Of a stretch of 64,000 nucleotides of DNA, positions 9,871-24,800 are shown piece after piece. Source of the DNA: Monocercomonoides exilis PA203 (Eukaryota > Protista > Preaxostyla); NCBI GenBank assembly GCA_001643675.2, contig LSRY02000013.1:992001-1056000 (forward strand). The letters are read 5' to 3'. The position numbers and the translations under genes were made by a program. Within the stretch, counting starts at the first letter, position 1. Each line of letters begins with the position of its first letter. The notes beneath the pieces were generated by a model. The model was not told the origin of the DNA, did not search any database, and saw only the letters and a program-made list of their open reading frames with translations.

Positions 9871-10399
9871 AAAACACGAATGCAGAAGTTACAAAACAAA
9901 TTCATTCAGAGACTGAGTCGGAAGGCGAATCAATGGAAAGAATAGAGACAGAAGTTCGGAGAACCACAAAGATCCGCTGTGAAAGACCAAAAGATCAAAG
10001 CAGTTCAACTTTCCAAGGAAAATCAAGTTAGATTCAGACAAAAACTACTTCAAAAAGCAAACAGAAGGACCAGGAATCAGACACATTCATAACAAGAACA
10101 AGAGCCCAGTAGCGAAGACTTGAGAAGTCAGAATACGCAGAAACGACAGAATCTCAAATGAGTTGCAGAAGTTAAACTCCAAATTAACTGTGGTCTCTCA
10201 AATATGAAGAGAAGAAATTGAATATCTATTTTCTCTCTCAATTCAAAACAAGTTATTTTTATAAGTTTTTTCAATCATTTTTTCCATTCCAACCAACAGC
10301 ATTTTTTATGTTGAGCGTCATTCCTGGTGACAATCCATTTCAGCAGCATTTTTGCGGATTGTTTGATTTCCACTCCTTCTCCTTCGATAATTTCATTGG

Positions 10400-11210
10400 T
10401 TATCTTTTTGTTGGATAATAGAAAGAACGGCTTCTTTGTTTTTGAGAATTTGTTGTTTGGATGGCTATCATATTCTCATGTTGCAACAAGGAATGGATCT
10501 GCCTTCTGTTGTGATGTTGGCTGCAGAAAAATTCGAATCTATTCATTTTGTCTGAATTTTCTTCAAATGAGTCTTGTTCGCCTGTGCCATTCATCACATC
10601 TGAAGAGCGTCATCGAAATCATCCCATTTTATTTCTCTTTCAGCTTCTTCTTCTTCTTCTCCTCCTCCTTCTTTTTCTTCTTTCTTCTTCTTCTTCTTCT
10701 TCTTCTTCTTCTTCCTCCTCTTCTTCTTCTTCTTCCTCTTCCTCTTCTTCTCTTTCTCCTTTGTTTCATGCATCAACGCCATTTTATCCAACTTCTCCTT
10801 CATCATCATCAACTTCTTCAAATATATCAGCATTACATCTCACAACTTCTTCTGCTTCATTGCTATTGTTATTTTTATAATCATCAACTTCATTTGATTA
10901 GAATTTTTTTCTTCTTTTTTCCTTTCATTTTTCCTTTCCTTTCTTTTTTTATTTTTTAGTTTTGTTCTTTAACGAGAAAGAATCGAAAGAAGAAGAAGAG
11001 GAAAGAGGAAAACTAAAGAGAAGATTTGAATAGATTCTGGTGGAATAGAAAAGAAAATAGAAATTCAACATGTTCTGAGAAGATGAAGATAAATAAAGAT
11101 AAATTGAAGATTAAGAAGAAAGAGAAGAAAAGAAATGATGATGATAAAGAAGAAGATTGAAGAGAAAGAAAGAAAGAGAAAGAAATTTATAGGAAGAAAA
11201 GGAAAATTGA
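10400..11210. repeat. Low-complexity (CTT/GAA)-rich tract, probably a decayed acidic-protein fragment
   Basis: (CTT)n at 10643-10755 and purine-rich 10975-11205. Minus frames have stops between Glu-rich runs. Confidence 0.5.
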
Positions 11211-11685
11211 GTCATTTAACTTCACTTTCAATGAAGCCAAACTGTAGAAATTTGAAGAAGCGCATTTGACTTGATAGAGAAAGAACCAATTTTTATGTTT
11301 TTGTTTCATGTTTTTTTTTTTTAAATTTTAAATGAATTTTATGTAACACTTCAAACAAATGAACTTCATTTCACTGATTTAAAAAAGAAAGCATGTATGT
11401 ATGAATGTATGTGTGAATGAATGTATGTATGTTCTTGTTTACAGAAAGCTTATTTATCTCCATTTAAAAATATATTTATAATGAAAATGATGACTTTTTG
11501 TAATTGGCATAGGGAAAAGGAAAAGGTTATTTTAAAAAAAGGATATCAAAAAGCACAATGAAAAATATCGAAAAATCTCACTCAGGGTTTCAGATGATAA
11601 TTTCGTGGGTGGTTTAACAAAGGGAAAGATTTTCGAAAGAAGGATATTTTTCAAAAGGAATTAAAACGTTGCCAATTTTATTTTT

Positions 11686-13122
11686 TCAAGCATTCACAAA
11701 ATAATCAGAAATTTTCAGCGATAGTCCACTATAAAATTTTTTATTGAGATAACCAAATATTTTATGAAAGCTGGTGATGGCATCTTCGTATCCTTCTTCT
11801 TCCATCTTTTCATGAATCTCCATTTTTAGTGCCTTTCTTTCTGCTTCTTCCATTTCATCCTTCTCCCCTTTTTTAATTGCCTTGAAATTTCAAGAAAAAT
11901 TTTTAAGTTTCCATTTGTATCTTCGTTGCTCATCGTTGGCTTCTGAATCTTCTCCATTAAAAAATCAAAAGCCCCACTTTTCAACAAGCCATTCACCCCA
12001 ATATTGTGGTGTATGATCATAATCAGTAAAGTGGTTTTAAAACTAATGGAAAATATTTTTTTATCTCCTCTTGTTAATCTGAACAGCCGTATTATGCAAG
12101 CAAGTGATGCTATCAAATCTTCATCACTAAACTCAACATCAAGAATTATCTTGTCAACTGTTCTGCTCCATCTTTTCGCAATCCACATGTCCTTCTTTTT
12201 TTCATTTTTCCTCTCCTCTTTTTCCTTCCCCCAATCCACATGCCCCATCAGCTCTTCCATTTCTCTTCTTGCCTCCTTCGCAAAGTGTAATTCATTCATA
12301 ATGATATTAAGCAAGCTTGACTCGTGTTTAAAAATGTTCGTTAATAACATCCAAGCAGACTGATAGGCAAGTCGAGTCAGATTCTGGTGCTTCTGATGAT
12401 ATTTGATTATTTCTTGAAGCTCATTCAAATAAAGTTCTCTTTTCACTTTCTATGCAAAAAATAAGAAAATAAAAATTATAAATCAATCAATAAATAAATT
12501 AACATACATTCCATTGAATAATATCACTCAATGCAAGCAAAGCCATTTCCACTTCTTTTTGATTGTCGCATCTTTCCTCTTTCTTCAACGCAATTTTCAG
12601 GAGACAAGGCACACAAATCGATATCAATTTTGATGAAGGTTCGCAGTTAAGCAAAAGATAGCATTCGCAAAGGTCAGTCAAAAGATTATCATTCTTTTCA
12701 TCTTTTTTCTCTTCCTCTTCAATTATTATATTCTTAAATCTTTTGCACAATGGAGTTTCTTCAAAGCGCAGACTATAAGCATTTTTCAAAACACAACAAT
12801 ATCCAACATGTTTCAACAGCAAAATTGAACTTTCAATCGAAAGTTTCTTTTCTTTGATCATTTTTTGAATTTTGTCGAATATATATCCATTTAAATTATA
12901 AAATAACTCGTATTTATTCATTTCATCAATCACTTCATTCATTTCTTCGATTTTCTGTTTCTGCTCTGCGTCTGTGAATTGTTCCAATTGTGAAAATTTC
13001 TCTAAAAAAAGTGAAAAATCAAAAGAGAAAAAAGTATCCATTTGTAAATTCAACCATTCATTTCTTTGAAAACTTTGCAAACCCTGAAAAATTTGTCTCC
13101 CTGAATGTGACTGAGAAATCGT
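11686..13122 (-). pseudogene. Expanded 3-exon helical-protein family copy 2 (ACG in place of ATG, frameshift ~11870)
   Basis: Exons carry EQKQKIEEMNEVIDEM, CVPCLLKIALKKEE..QKEVEMALLALS and ELYLNELQEIIKYHQKHQNLTRLAYQSAW. The C-terminus EKMEEEGYEDAITSF...ISDYFVNA* is in a shifted frame. Introns at about 13082-13002 and 12506-12450. The frameshift lies in a homopolymer and could be a sequencing error. Confidence 0.8.
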
Positions 13123-14099
13123 AAAATTATTTCAAAACGATTTATTTATTCATTTTCAGAATTGTTATGAAATATTCGAACAAATAGAATTAAAAACAAC
13201 AAATCTTATATCTAATAACACTGACTTCAATGCATTTTCATGTGACGTTGATGTCATTTGCATCAAATCAAGTGAGTCTTTGAACAAAAAAATTTTGTTT
13301 TTGAACAAATAAATAAGGGTGGCCAACCTATAATTTAATAACAGATGATTTTTTTTTGGTGATTTGCAGCATCCTGAGCATGTTTGAGCTGCTTGTGCGC
13401 ACAGCCACAGATGCATCCATGCGAGTTATAGCACTGCAGAAGAGCAGGGATTATATTATCAGATGGATGAGCATTGGCTGTTTGCATCGATTGCTTACAA
13501 AAAGTGAATTGATGGGGAAGTTGCATGAAATTTGAACTTTGCAATATATTGCAAAATATATGGTGCAATATAGGCTGCGATATTTTGAATGAAAAATAAC
13601 TCAAGCAAGATGCAGAAAAAGCGAGGAGAATATCCGAAAGATTGAATTGAACCGCTTTGTCATTTCAGGGAAGTGCAGTGTACTTGGCATATCATTTGAG
13701 CAGGATTTGTTTAACATGGTTTTTGGGGAGAAGGTTGGTTTTGTGGAAAAGGAAAGGGAATTGGGGGTTGGACAATGGAGGAAATGAGCGGAGTGAGACA
13801 CTCAGCAGGCCTTTACAACAATCGCATTAGCATTTTTCATGAAACCCGTTGGAAAGCTATCAGCGAAGACTTGTTGTTGAATTGGGTTTTGAAAAGGAGT
13901 TCATTTCTTATTTATTTGGAGAATGTTTTAATTCATTTGGAATTATGGCCAGCTTCACAATGGATTCTAAGAACAAGAAAGCTGGTTGGACAGATAATTA
14001 CCAATCCTTTGGAGATGGAAAAATATGGAAAAGCCGAAAAGATGGTTCTGCTTTTTTTTCCATTCATTTTTCTTTAAAGGTGTTCTTTCAATGAATGCA

Positions 14100-15593
14100 G
14101 ATTGGCCACGAACATGAATGCCACGAAAAGAAATCTTCTTTTCATTTCGCGAAAGATTCTGAAGTTTTGAGATTATTCTTGTTTGTATTGCATTCAACGA
14201 TGACATTCGTGACTTCTGCCATCTGTGTTGCATGACAATGCTTGACATGAGTTTACAAGAAAGAGAAAAGCAGTTTATTTGGCTTATTTGTGAGAGTATT
14301 CTGCAGAAGCGACTCTTTCACCAAAGCTGATGAGTTTTTTGAGCATTCTCATTCAGAACAAATTCATCCTATCCTGTTGCTCAATATGACTTGGAAAAAC
14401 TTGCATCTTCTATTTTTATTCACCTTCGCTATCTTTTTCAACAGTCTCGCTTCAACAAAAGATGTTCATTGCCAGAATTGATTCATCAATCACATGATCA
14501 AAAAATTCTTCATTTTCTTCTCTTCTCCTTTGAAGTCAACTTCTTTTGTCGTCAACGTCTTCTTCTCTGCCAATATCCTCATCACACATGAAGTTCATTT
14601 GAATTGTTGACATCATTGGACAAGCATAATTTTCTTTTTCTGAGGGAAAAACAGTTCAACCACACAAAGGCAGTCAACGATTTGTTGCTTTCCTTCTTCA
14701 TCTGTTTGTATCTCTCTGACTTTCACATGTTTTGTGATGAAGATTGTTTATTTCATCTGAAATCACCTCATCGAATGAAACTTTTTAATCAATCGACATA
14801 ACGCAAGTTATTTTCAACATCTTTATAAAAAGGATTAAATTCGCTTCACAATTCTCAATTGCTCCACCTTCATAGCCCTAATCATCTTTTGATTCTTCCT
14901 CCTCTTCTTCCTCTTCTTGTTCTCCTTCTCTCCTTCAGTGCTCCTTTCATTAGAAATAATTTTCATTGAAGCCATCTTCTTCAATCATCATCTTCTTCTA
15001 TTTTTTCTGTCGTCTCACAGATATCAGAGGCATTGCTCATAGTGTAATTGCTCTTCGACCGCCTCTTCGTCACCAACAGCCATATGCATCATTTGCATTG
15101 TTTGCGTTTTGTGTTCGATTTGTGCTCGTTTTGTGCTCGTTTTTGGATGGCATTGACGAAGCTGCGAACAATTTGAGAAGAACATTTGGAAATAAACAGG
15201 AGCGCATCTTCATCAAAACATCAGAGAATGCAAATGGCTGAAGGCAGAACAAAAGAACAGCAAATGGATGTTACAATAATCGAGGCAAAATGGAAGCGAA
15301 GTTTGTGTGTCTTCTTTGTTGGTGTGAGACATTGTTAAAAGAGGAACTGTCTTTCTCTTCCTCGACAATGAGAGGAAATTTTCTCATTTTGGTAGGAATC
15401 GGGCAATCATTTTGTGAAAGCCATGAATGAAGATGTGCGAGCAGAGGACGAAAGAGAAATTGGATCCATTGAGAGTTTTCGAGATGGTACACATGAATAA
15501 CAGGGGGAAAAAAATCAGCTTTCATTGAGTTTTGCGGGGCACGCGATTGATGAGATACTCGACATTTAGGAGGAGGAGGAGGAGGAGGAGGAG

Positions 15594-15625
<32 letters not shown>

Positions 15626-16241
15626 GGAAGAGGAGGAAGAAGAAGAAGAAGAAGAAGAAGAAGAAGAAGAAGAAGAAGAAGAAGAAAAAGAAAAAGAGTA
15701 TGTGGGATAAGATGATGAAGATGTTGGAAATGGGATAGGTGTGGTACAGAAAATGCAAGGGACCGATTATATTCACATCATAACTTTCCTCTTTGTCTGC
15801 TATTCAACCATCATCATCATCTTCTTCTGTTTCTTCTTCTTCCTCTTCTTCTTCTTCCTCCTCTTCTTCCTCTTCCTCCTCTTTTTCCTCTTTTTCATCT
15901 TCTTCCTCTTCATCTTCCTTTTCATCTTATTCCACACCTTCTTTCTATTCTTTTTCTTTGCAATTTAGTATCTTTTCATCTGTCATCATATTCCCATAAA
16001 TTCCAAAATAAGCTTATTAGAATACTATCATTCGGAGAAATGCAATCTGAATACTCTATTTCTCCGACAGCTATATTCAGAACATTTCACTCCTTCTATA
16101 AATAGCATTAATTCTTCTTCTTCTTCTTCTTCTTCTTCTTCTTCTTTTTCTTCTGCAAAATTATCATCGTTTACTTCTAATTGAATTTATATTTCTTCTC
16201 CGTCTCGAATTTCTTCACATTCTTCACCTTTCTTTTCTTTT

Positions 16242-16274
<33 letters not shown>

Positions 16275-17140
16275 CTTCTTCTTCTTCCCATTCTTCTTCA
16301 CCTTCTTTATCACCTTCTTCTTGACCTTCTTCCTCTGCTGATAGCGAAGCACTGATCGCATCAAACATCATCATCATAATTATTATCACGTCACTCACTC
16401 AATCACTCACTCACTCACTCCTAACGTCTCGAATAAAGCTTATTCTTCAGATGTGCCAGTTTCAATCAACTTTCATCCTCACTCAACATGCAATTCATTC
16501 AAGATCTCTTTCAACGTCTGCTCTTTTGCCATCTCCTTCTCTTGTCTCTCTCCATTCGCACTCCTCTTCCATCCAGCCACCTCTGCCTCGTCCTCTCCAA
16601 AAGGAATCTTCAGTTTCAGTCACTTCCACAGCACCATCCCAATTGAGAATGGAGCTGATTCTTTTGCTGCTTCCTTGTTCTTGTTCATCTGCAACTCTGG
16701 TGCCTTCCACCTCAGACACTCTTTTTTGAAATCTGAGTCATCCTCAAAGGCCGATGAAAGAAGAGGATATTTTGTGAACATCTTGCTCTTCACAGAAATA
16801 TTGGAGGAAGATTCAATCAGCTGTGGAAGTCAAAGAGAAGAAAGAAGCATCTGAATCATCTGATGAGCAGTCAGAATGAATGGGAATGATAACAAACCAT
16901 ATGCTAAGAGAATTCATAAGATTTGTGGAACCATATTCCTCAAAAGAGGGGGAAAAGTTATCTTCCTCGTCCTCAAAGGCATGAAGAGCTTCATTCACCA
17001 CACGGAACCTGATCTGGATCGCTGCATGCTTTTTATTGGTTCGTTCTTTCAATCATCACAAATATTGATGAAAAGGAGAATATGCTATCTTATCATTGAA
17101 AATATACAAATCGGATTCAATTTATTTATGAATGGCATGC
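14100..17140 (-). pseudogene. Decayed low-complexity protein gene (second expanded family, unknown function)
   Basis: Collinear minus-strand protein-like fragments (KERTNKKHAAIQIRFRVVNEALHAFEDEEDN; LFRPLLAHLHSWLSQNDCPIP; HPFAVLLFCLQPFAFSD) broken by stops and microsatellites. Confidence 0.5.
15567..15698 (+). repeat. (AGG)n(AAG)n microsatellite
   Basis: About 130 bp of pure purine trinucleotide repeat. Confidence 0.95.
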
Positions 17141-18853
17141 ATTCAAACAGAAGATCAGCTTAAAAGCGTCAGAAGTGAAAGCATCAGATGATAGAGATTC
17201 CAAAATTAAGGAAAGAATGAATAAAAAGAAAGAAAGAAAGAAAAGAGATGAAAGGAAGGGATGCGAGGGAAATAGGATGTGGAAATGATGGAAAGGACAA
17301 GAATGATTTTTTTGGAGAATGTTATTTTGATTGAATGGAACAAACACACCGCACCAAAAGAGATGGACAGAATGAGAGAGGAATGAACAAATAAGACTGA
17401 ATTCTATTTCTTGTGGAAGGAAATACGAGGAGGATTTATTGGAAAGGGAAGGGGAGCCAATAGAAAAAGACAGATGAAGATTTATTTGGAGAGAAAATGT
17501 TTGTTTGAAGGGTATTTTGGAGGAAGCAGCAGAAGGTTCAAGCAAACAGGAAAAGAGAATGAAGAAGACAGAGAAAAAGAGATAGCAAGTGAGAGAGAAA
17601 ATGAGAAAACGAGGGGTTTAGGGAAAGAAGGTGGACAGAAGAGCAAGGGTGATGACATGAGAACAAGGAATGAAAAGGAGGGGGAGGAAGAGGCAAGGTG
17701 GAATGGAATGAATAGAAGATGCTATTTCAGAAAGGATACTTACGTTGGAGCAGCTGATAAGATTTAGCAGAAAAGCGAAGAAGAGGAAAGATGGAAAGAA
17801 GGAAAGAGGAATGAAGCAAACGTTGGATCAGCAATAAGAAGGGATCTTGATTTGTTAGGAAGAGGGCGGAGTGAGGAGCAGAGGGAAGCTCTGTTTCAAC
17901 GAGAGCATCACTCAGAATCCATCTTGTCTTCTTTTCCTTCCTCCACCTCATCCCAGCTGCTTTCTTGTTATTTTTTTTTTCTGAAGAAGCTGCTTTGGCA
18001 GCATCAAACTTGGGGGATGAGCCCCATCTTTGAAATTAAAAAAAAGGAATTGTTTTGTTTTTCATGTTTTTATTCTTGTTCATCGGCACAAAGTCCTGTG
18101 CCCCAAACAAAGTGAGCTGCAAAACAAAGCAACCAATACCTTTCACTTTGAATGATTCAACAGTCAAATAAATAAAAAAGAATAAAAAAGTGAAAATATA
18201 TCCAATTCAGCAGAAGTGGGACTTTACAGCTTTCTTGCTGAATGGAAGGCGCTTTCGCCTGAACATGTCAAAAGCGAAAAGCAAAAAGCGAATGGCAATT
18301 TGCGTATGCCGAAAATTCAAAGTTATGGAACATCAAAATAAAGATTTAAAATTTTAAAATTAAAAAAGGTAAAGCCAAGTTATAACTTCAAAAAATAAAA
18401 TCATCATTGCAAAAGTCGAGTTTAACTGTCCATCAAAATGGACAAATCAAAACATTATAAAAATGTGTATTAATCTTTCAACCATCACAAATATCATAAG
18501 CCTTTCTCTCCTCTTCCTCTCCTCCACCTTCAAACTCTTCTCAAGGCTTTTCTGAAAATTGTGAATGGCGAATGAAAAGAATAGTGAATAGTGTTCAGTA
18601 AACAAATATAAACACATATGTCCATGTATATATGCACATGTATTTAATTTCACCATCACCAACAAAATAGCAAACGTTAAATAACAGTGCAAAATTCAAA
18701 ATGATAAAAAGGTTGTTGAATGATTTTCAGTGCAAAATAAATCGAAAAAATAAAAATATCAAAAAAAACATATGTATAAGAATAATTCTCCCCTTCTCTT
18801 CCACCCTTCTTTCTCGCTTTCTCACTTTCTTCCCTTCTCTGAAACCATCTCTC

Positions 18854-21800
18854 TTACACATTGTTGCTCATCTCCTGCTCCTTCTCTCCGCCAACATCCT
18901 CATCATCATCCGAGTTGTACTTCGATCTTCTCTTCTTCACAACCACCACCACCACAATCACTATCACCACCACTGTAATCGCAAACACAATCGGTACCAC
19001 AACTGCCACAACAATCACTCCTATGTTCGTTTTTGGTTCGTCTTTCTTTTCTGGATCTGTTTCTGGCTGTGGCTGTGGTTCTGGTTCAGGTTCTGGCTCT
19101 GGCTCAGGTTCAGGTTCCTTCCTTTTCAGATACTTTTCATACACATCCTCTGGCTCAGCATTGACATCTGCTGCTCCAACAACCCACCCTGCATTCCCTT
19201 CATCGTAGCTCTGCGCAAACTCAAACGCTCCTTCCTGCTTGCCGAACGCATCAAAATCGGCTGCCACAATGCACAGAGATGCTCCTGAATTCCCTTGCCC
19301 CTTGTTCGTCCCATCAATTTCCAGTTTGTTCTCTCTTGGAAGCTCAAGATTCCCACTCGCCTGCTTCATCTCAATATACACCGCCCCAGATTTCCCATTT
19401 TCTGCCTTGCACTCCTTGAATGTGCATGCCTTTTTCCTTCCCATCTTCACCTTCGAATCATCCTCTCCCAGCGATATCTCCAACCCTGCTGTATTCCCAC
19501 TCTTCGACTTCACCTCTTCCATCTTCAGCCCTTCAACAACCACAACCGACCCTTCTGTCTCTTCATTGTTTTTGCTCGCTTTTACCTCTCCTATTGTTTG
19601 GTCACTGATGCTTATCGCTGCTCCATCTTCCACTTCCACCTTCTTCACTTCCACATCATCAATCAAAACTTCCTTTGCTCCTTCAACCAAAAATGGTGTC
19701 GCTTTGAATGAAACTGTTTTCGCATCATCAACACATTTAACTCCGCTCATGGTTAATGATCCTGCACTCATTTTCACAAGATGTATTCCAACTTTTTCTT
19801 CACCTGCATTTGAATGCATCACAGATGGATAAGTGGCTGGTTTTGGTCGAACAAATCTGCAGTTCACAATGCTCAATTCTGCATCTGCACCATCTGTAAC
19901 TATCAATGCAAACATTCCTGTTTCAGTAGCTGTCGGTCCATCATTCTTTACTTGCTTATTTTCCAGTGTTGTTGGGAAGTTAAAGGAAAGGCTCCTGAAC
20001 TCAACTTTTTTCTTGCATGTGAGTAAATTGCCTCCTGTTTTAACATCGCAATCGATCGTAACTTCTGACTCGCTTTCAACATCATTAGTCTTTTGCACAC
20101 CCACAATCGTGATTCCTGATGATTTGTCAAATATTATTGCTTCAGCTTTAAGAGCATCCTTTCCTTCGTCATGTTTGATGATTAAAATAAGGTATCTTTC
20201 ATCACATTCTTTTTTATCAAGCAAATCATATGCTCTTTTCAAGCTTCCAACAGGTCTTTCAAATGTCTTTCCATCACCACCTGAAGCTCCACTTTTGGCA
20301 TATGCAATCGGAGGATCAAAATATCTTGCAGTGAAGTCAACATCTTTGTTTTCAGTTTCTTTTGCTGCAACGAACCATGCATGATCTTTAAGCGTGTAAT
20401 CTTTTGCGAAACTTTTCTTCATCGCTTCTGCAATTTTTTTATGAAGTTCGGTTTTCACATCCAGATATAATCCTGTATTCTTGATCGAATCGCCTTCTCC
20501 TGCACTGCAACTAGAAAAACTCAAATAGCTTCCTGTTGCTGGCCATAGCAATTTGGAAGCATCGGTAATTCCCATCATCTTCAAATAGATTCCACCTGAT
20601 TTCCCATTTGCACACGTGCATGAAAAAAATATTGTCATTCCAGTATTTCCAATCGTAAATGAACTTAATGAATTTTGGCTCTCAACATAAAGTGCCCCAC
20701 TTGTTGCATTCGATGCCTCAGCTGTTGAAGCACATTCCAAAAATGTGCAGAAATCCAATGACACTGAAATAGCAGCATCAACTTTTCCAACAATTTTCAT
20801 CACAGCACTTGAGCTTGAAGTTATCTTTCCCAAATTCAATAATATCAACGAAACCGAATTTGCTCCATCAACCAAAAATGGTGTTGCTGAAAATTTCACT
20901 ACGTTCTCTGAGGTGCACTCAACCTGATTCATCATTAGAATTCCTGCACTCACTTTCACAAGATGAATTCCAACTTCTCCTGTTGTTGGTCGAACAAATT
21001 CGCAATTGTCAATTGTGAGTGATGTTGATTCTGTATCAGCACGGATAAGCGCGAATGGATCTGCATTTGCTTTCAATGTTCCACTGCTTTGTGTTAATGT
21101 TGTTGGGAAGTTGAATGTCAAATATTCAAACGAAACTTCTTTCTTGCACGTGAACAAATCTTTATTTGATTTTGCATCGCAGTCAATTTCAACTTTCTCA
21201 TTTGCATCTGCTGTATCAGCAATTCCTTCAATCACAATTGACGATTCTTTCTCCAACGTAATTGCGTTGGCCTCCAATGCATTGTCATCTTTGATAACTT
21301 TTATTTGATATCCTCCTAAATTTGTTCCCTCTTTCAACAAATTGAACGCTTCCCCTATCGACCCGGCTGGCTTTCCATATTCCGTCCCCAAATCATTTCC
21401 TCCTTTTTTGGCAAACGCAATACTGTACAAATCAATGAACTTCGTCACAAAGTCAACATCGTTTCCATCTGCTCCTTTTGCAGCAATTAACAAATTGTTT
21501 GTTTCGACTTTGTAATCTGCTGCAAAGCTTTTCTTCATCGCTTCTGCAATGTTTTTGTGAAGTCCAACTGGCACCTCCAAATATAATCCTGTGGATTTCT
21601 CTGAACCATATGCTCCAATTGTGCACCCAGTGAATACAAAATTGCTTCCTGTTGTTGGCCATTTTAATATGGAAGCATCGGTCATTCCCGTCATTTTCAA
21701 GTAGATTCCTCCTGATTTTCCATTTGCACATGTGCATCTGGAAAATGTTGTTATTCCATTATTTTTTATAGTAAATGTGCTATCTGCTGAGGTACTTTCA

Positions 21801-24800
21801 ACATAAAGTGCCCCGCTTGTTGCATCGCCTGAAATGCATTCTGTAAATGTGCAGCTGTCCAATGTCACTGAAATGGCTGTATCTGTTTTACCAACAATTT
21901 TCACTGCGGTGCTTGAAATTGATGTGATCTTCTTTAAATTCAACGACGTCAATGAAACTGATGATGCTCCTCCAACCAAAAATGGAGTTTCAGAGAATGA
22001 AACCGCTGTCTCAGCATGAATGCATTCAACCTGATTCATAATCAATGTTCCAGCACTCACTTTCACAAGGTGGATTCCAATTTCTCCTGTTGCCGGTCGA
22101 ACAAATTCGCAATTGTCAATTGTGAGTGATGTTGATTCTGAATCAGCATGGATAAGCGCGAATGGATCTGAATTGTCTTTTAATACATTTATATCTTGAT
22201 CCAGTGTTTCTGGGAAAACGAATATCAAATAACTGAATGTAACTTTTTGTTTGCACGTAAATAGATCATTATTTGATTTTGCATCGCAATTTATCTCAGC
22301 TTTCCCATTTGTGCCGTCTGCATTTGTAATTCCTTCAATCGTGATTCCCGATGCTTTATTAAATTCATTGCATTCTGCTGTAAGTGCATTTTCAGCTTTG
22401 ATAATCTTTATAGCAAATCCTTGGTTGCTCGTTTCTGCAAGCAAATCATACGCTTCTTTCAAACTGCCAATCGGTGCTTCTTGAGAAGCCCCTTCTCCTA
22501 CCCCACCATTCTGAACAAATACTGTCGTCGGTCTATCAAAATATTTTATTGTGAAGTCAACATCTTTGTCATCTGTTTCTTGAGCTGCCACAAACCATCT
22601 ATTATTACTAAGTGTGTAGCTAGTCGCAAAACTGCTTTTCATAGCTGCTGCTATCTCTCTGTGAAGGTCGACTGGCACATCCAAATACAACCCAGTATTT
22701 TTAATTGAATCGCCTTCTCCTGCGTTGCATTCAATAAATTCCAAATTGCTTCCTGTTTCTGGCCATTTCAATTTATCAGCTGCAATGTTTTTCAAATTCA
22801 AATAGATTCCTCCTGATTTGCCTTTTGCGCACGTGCATTTAGAAAATATTGTTATTCTATTATCCCCAACCGTAAATGAACTTCCAGCATTTTCGCTTTC
22901 AACATATAATGTTCCACTTGTTGCTGTTGCTGTATCGCTTGAAATGCATTCCGTAAATGTGCACTTGTCCAATGTCACTGAAATAGCTGTATCTTTTTTT
23001 CCAACAATTTTCAAAACGGCACTTGAACTTGATGTTATCTTGTCCAACATCAATAATGTCAATGAAACCGAATTTGCTCCATCAACCAAAAATGGTGTTG
23101 CTGAAAATTTCACTACGTTCTCTGAGGTGCACTCAACCTGATTCATCATTAGAATTCCTGCACTCACTTTCACAAGGTGGATTCCAATTTCTCCTGTTGC
23201 CGGTCGAACAAATTCGCAATTGTCAATTGTGAGTGATGTTGATTCTGAATCAGCATGGATAAGCGCGAATGGATCTGAATTGTCTTTTAATACATTTATA
23301 TCTTGATCCAGTGTTTCTGGGAAATCGAATATCAAATAACTGAATGTAACTTTTTGTTTGCACGTAAATAGATCATTATTTGATTTTGCATCGCAATTTA
23401 TCTCAACTTTCCCATTTGTTTCATCTGTATTTGTAATTCCTTCAATAGTTATTTGTGAAAATTTACTAAATTCATTGGATTCTGCTAGAAGTTTAGCAAC
23501 TCCTTCACCTTGTTCAATTATTTTCAAGAAAAATCCTTCAGCATTTTCCTCTGCAAGCAATTCATAAGCCCCTTTCAAACTTCCAACAGGAGTATTAAAT
23601 GATTTTCCATCACCTAAAGCACCACTTTTGGCAAATGCAGTTGTTGGTATATCAAAATAAACTTCTGTGAAATCAACATCAGCATCATTTTCTCCTTTTG
23701 CAGCGACAAACCATTTATTCGACGTTATCTTGTAATCTTTTGCAAAACTACTTTTCATTTCTGCTGCTATGTTTTTATGAAGTTCAGTTTTCACTTCCAA
23801 ATACAATCCAGTATTCCTGATTGAATCGCCTTTTCCTGCATTGCAATCAAAAAATTCCAAATGCTCTTTCGACATTGGCCATTTCAATTTGGAAGCTTCT
23901 GTTATTCCCGTCATTTTCAAAAAGATTCCGCCTGATTTCCCATTTTCGCAGGTGCATGTGGAAAAAGTGGTTGGATTTGGACTTTTTATTGCAAATGAAC
24001 TATCTTTCGAAGCACTTTCAATATGTAATGCCCCACTTGTCGCTGTTGTATCGCTTGAAGAGCATTCTGAAAATGTGCAATTATCCAGTAAAACATCAAT
24101 TTGACTTAAACTAGTGATTTTCATGACCGTGCTTGAACTTGATGTAATCTTCTTTAAATATAATAATATCAATGAAATTGATGATGCTCCTTCAACCGAA
24201 AATGGCGTCACTGTAAATGCTGCAGTATTCGTGTCATTAAAACACCCAACTCCTGTAATCGTCACATACCCTGCACTCACTTTCACAAGATGGATTCCAA
24301 CTTCTCCTGTTGTTGGTCGAACAAAGTCGCAGTTAGAAATTGTTAGAGAAAATGACTCTGTATCCGCGTGAATCAGAGCGAATGGATCTGTATTTGCTTT
24401 CGATCCTTCTGTAACGTCAGTTAATGCTGTTGGGAAGTTGAATATCAAGTATTTGAATGTCACTGTTTGCTTGCACGTGAACAGATCACTATTTGATTTA
24501 ACATTGCAGTCAATCTCAACTTTTTCATTCATTCCTGCTGAATTTGTTATTCCTTCAATCGTGATTCCGTTTGTTTTTTCAAATGTTATTGCTTCAGCTT
24601 TTAGAGCATCATTTCCTTCATCATTCCTAATTACTTTTATTGCAAGCCTACTTGAATATGGATTCCCAAGTAATTCATATGCTCCTTTCAGACTTCCAAT
24701 TGGCGTAAAAAACTGTTTTCCATCACTTGAAGCTCCGCTTTTGACAAACACAGTTATCTCCGTATTCGCTGAATCAGCTGTTTGCAAAAATACAGTAAGT

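Larger units (their letters stand above)
6050..10223 (+). mobile_element. DIRS-type retrotransposon (gag, RT/RNase H, methyltransferase-like domain, tyrosine recombinase), full-length but with stops and frameshifts
   Basis: Perfect 30-bp inverted repeat at 6050-6079 and 10194-10223 brackets gag-like, RT, RNase H, MT-like and YR frames in DIRS order. Confidence 0.93.

Noticed and set aside
18247-18260. AGGCG-CTTT-CGCCT mini-hairpin
   Set aside because: A 5-bp stem is expected by chance, and there is no supporting context.
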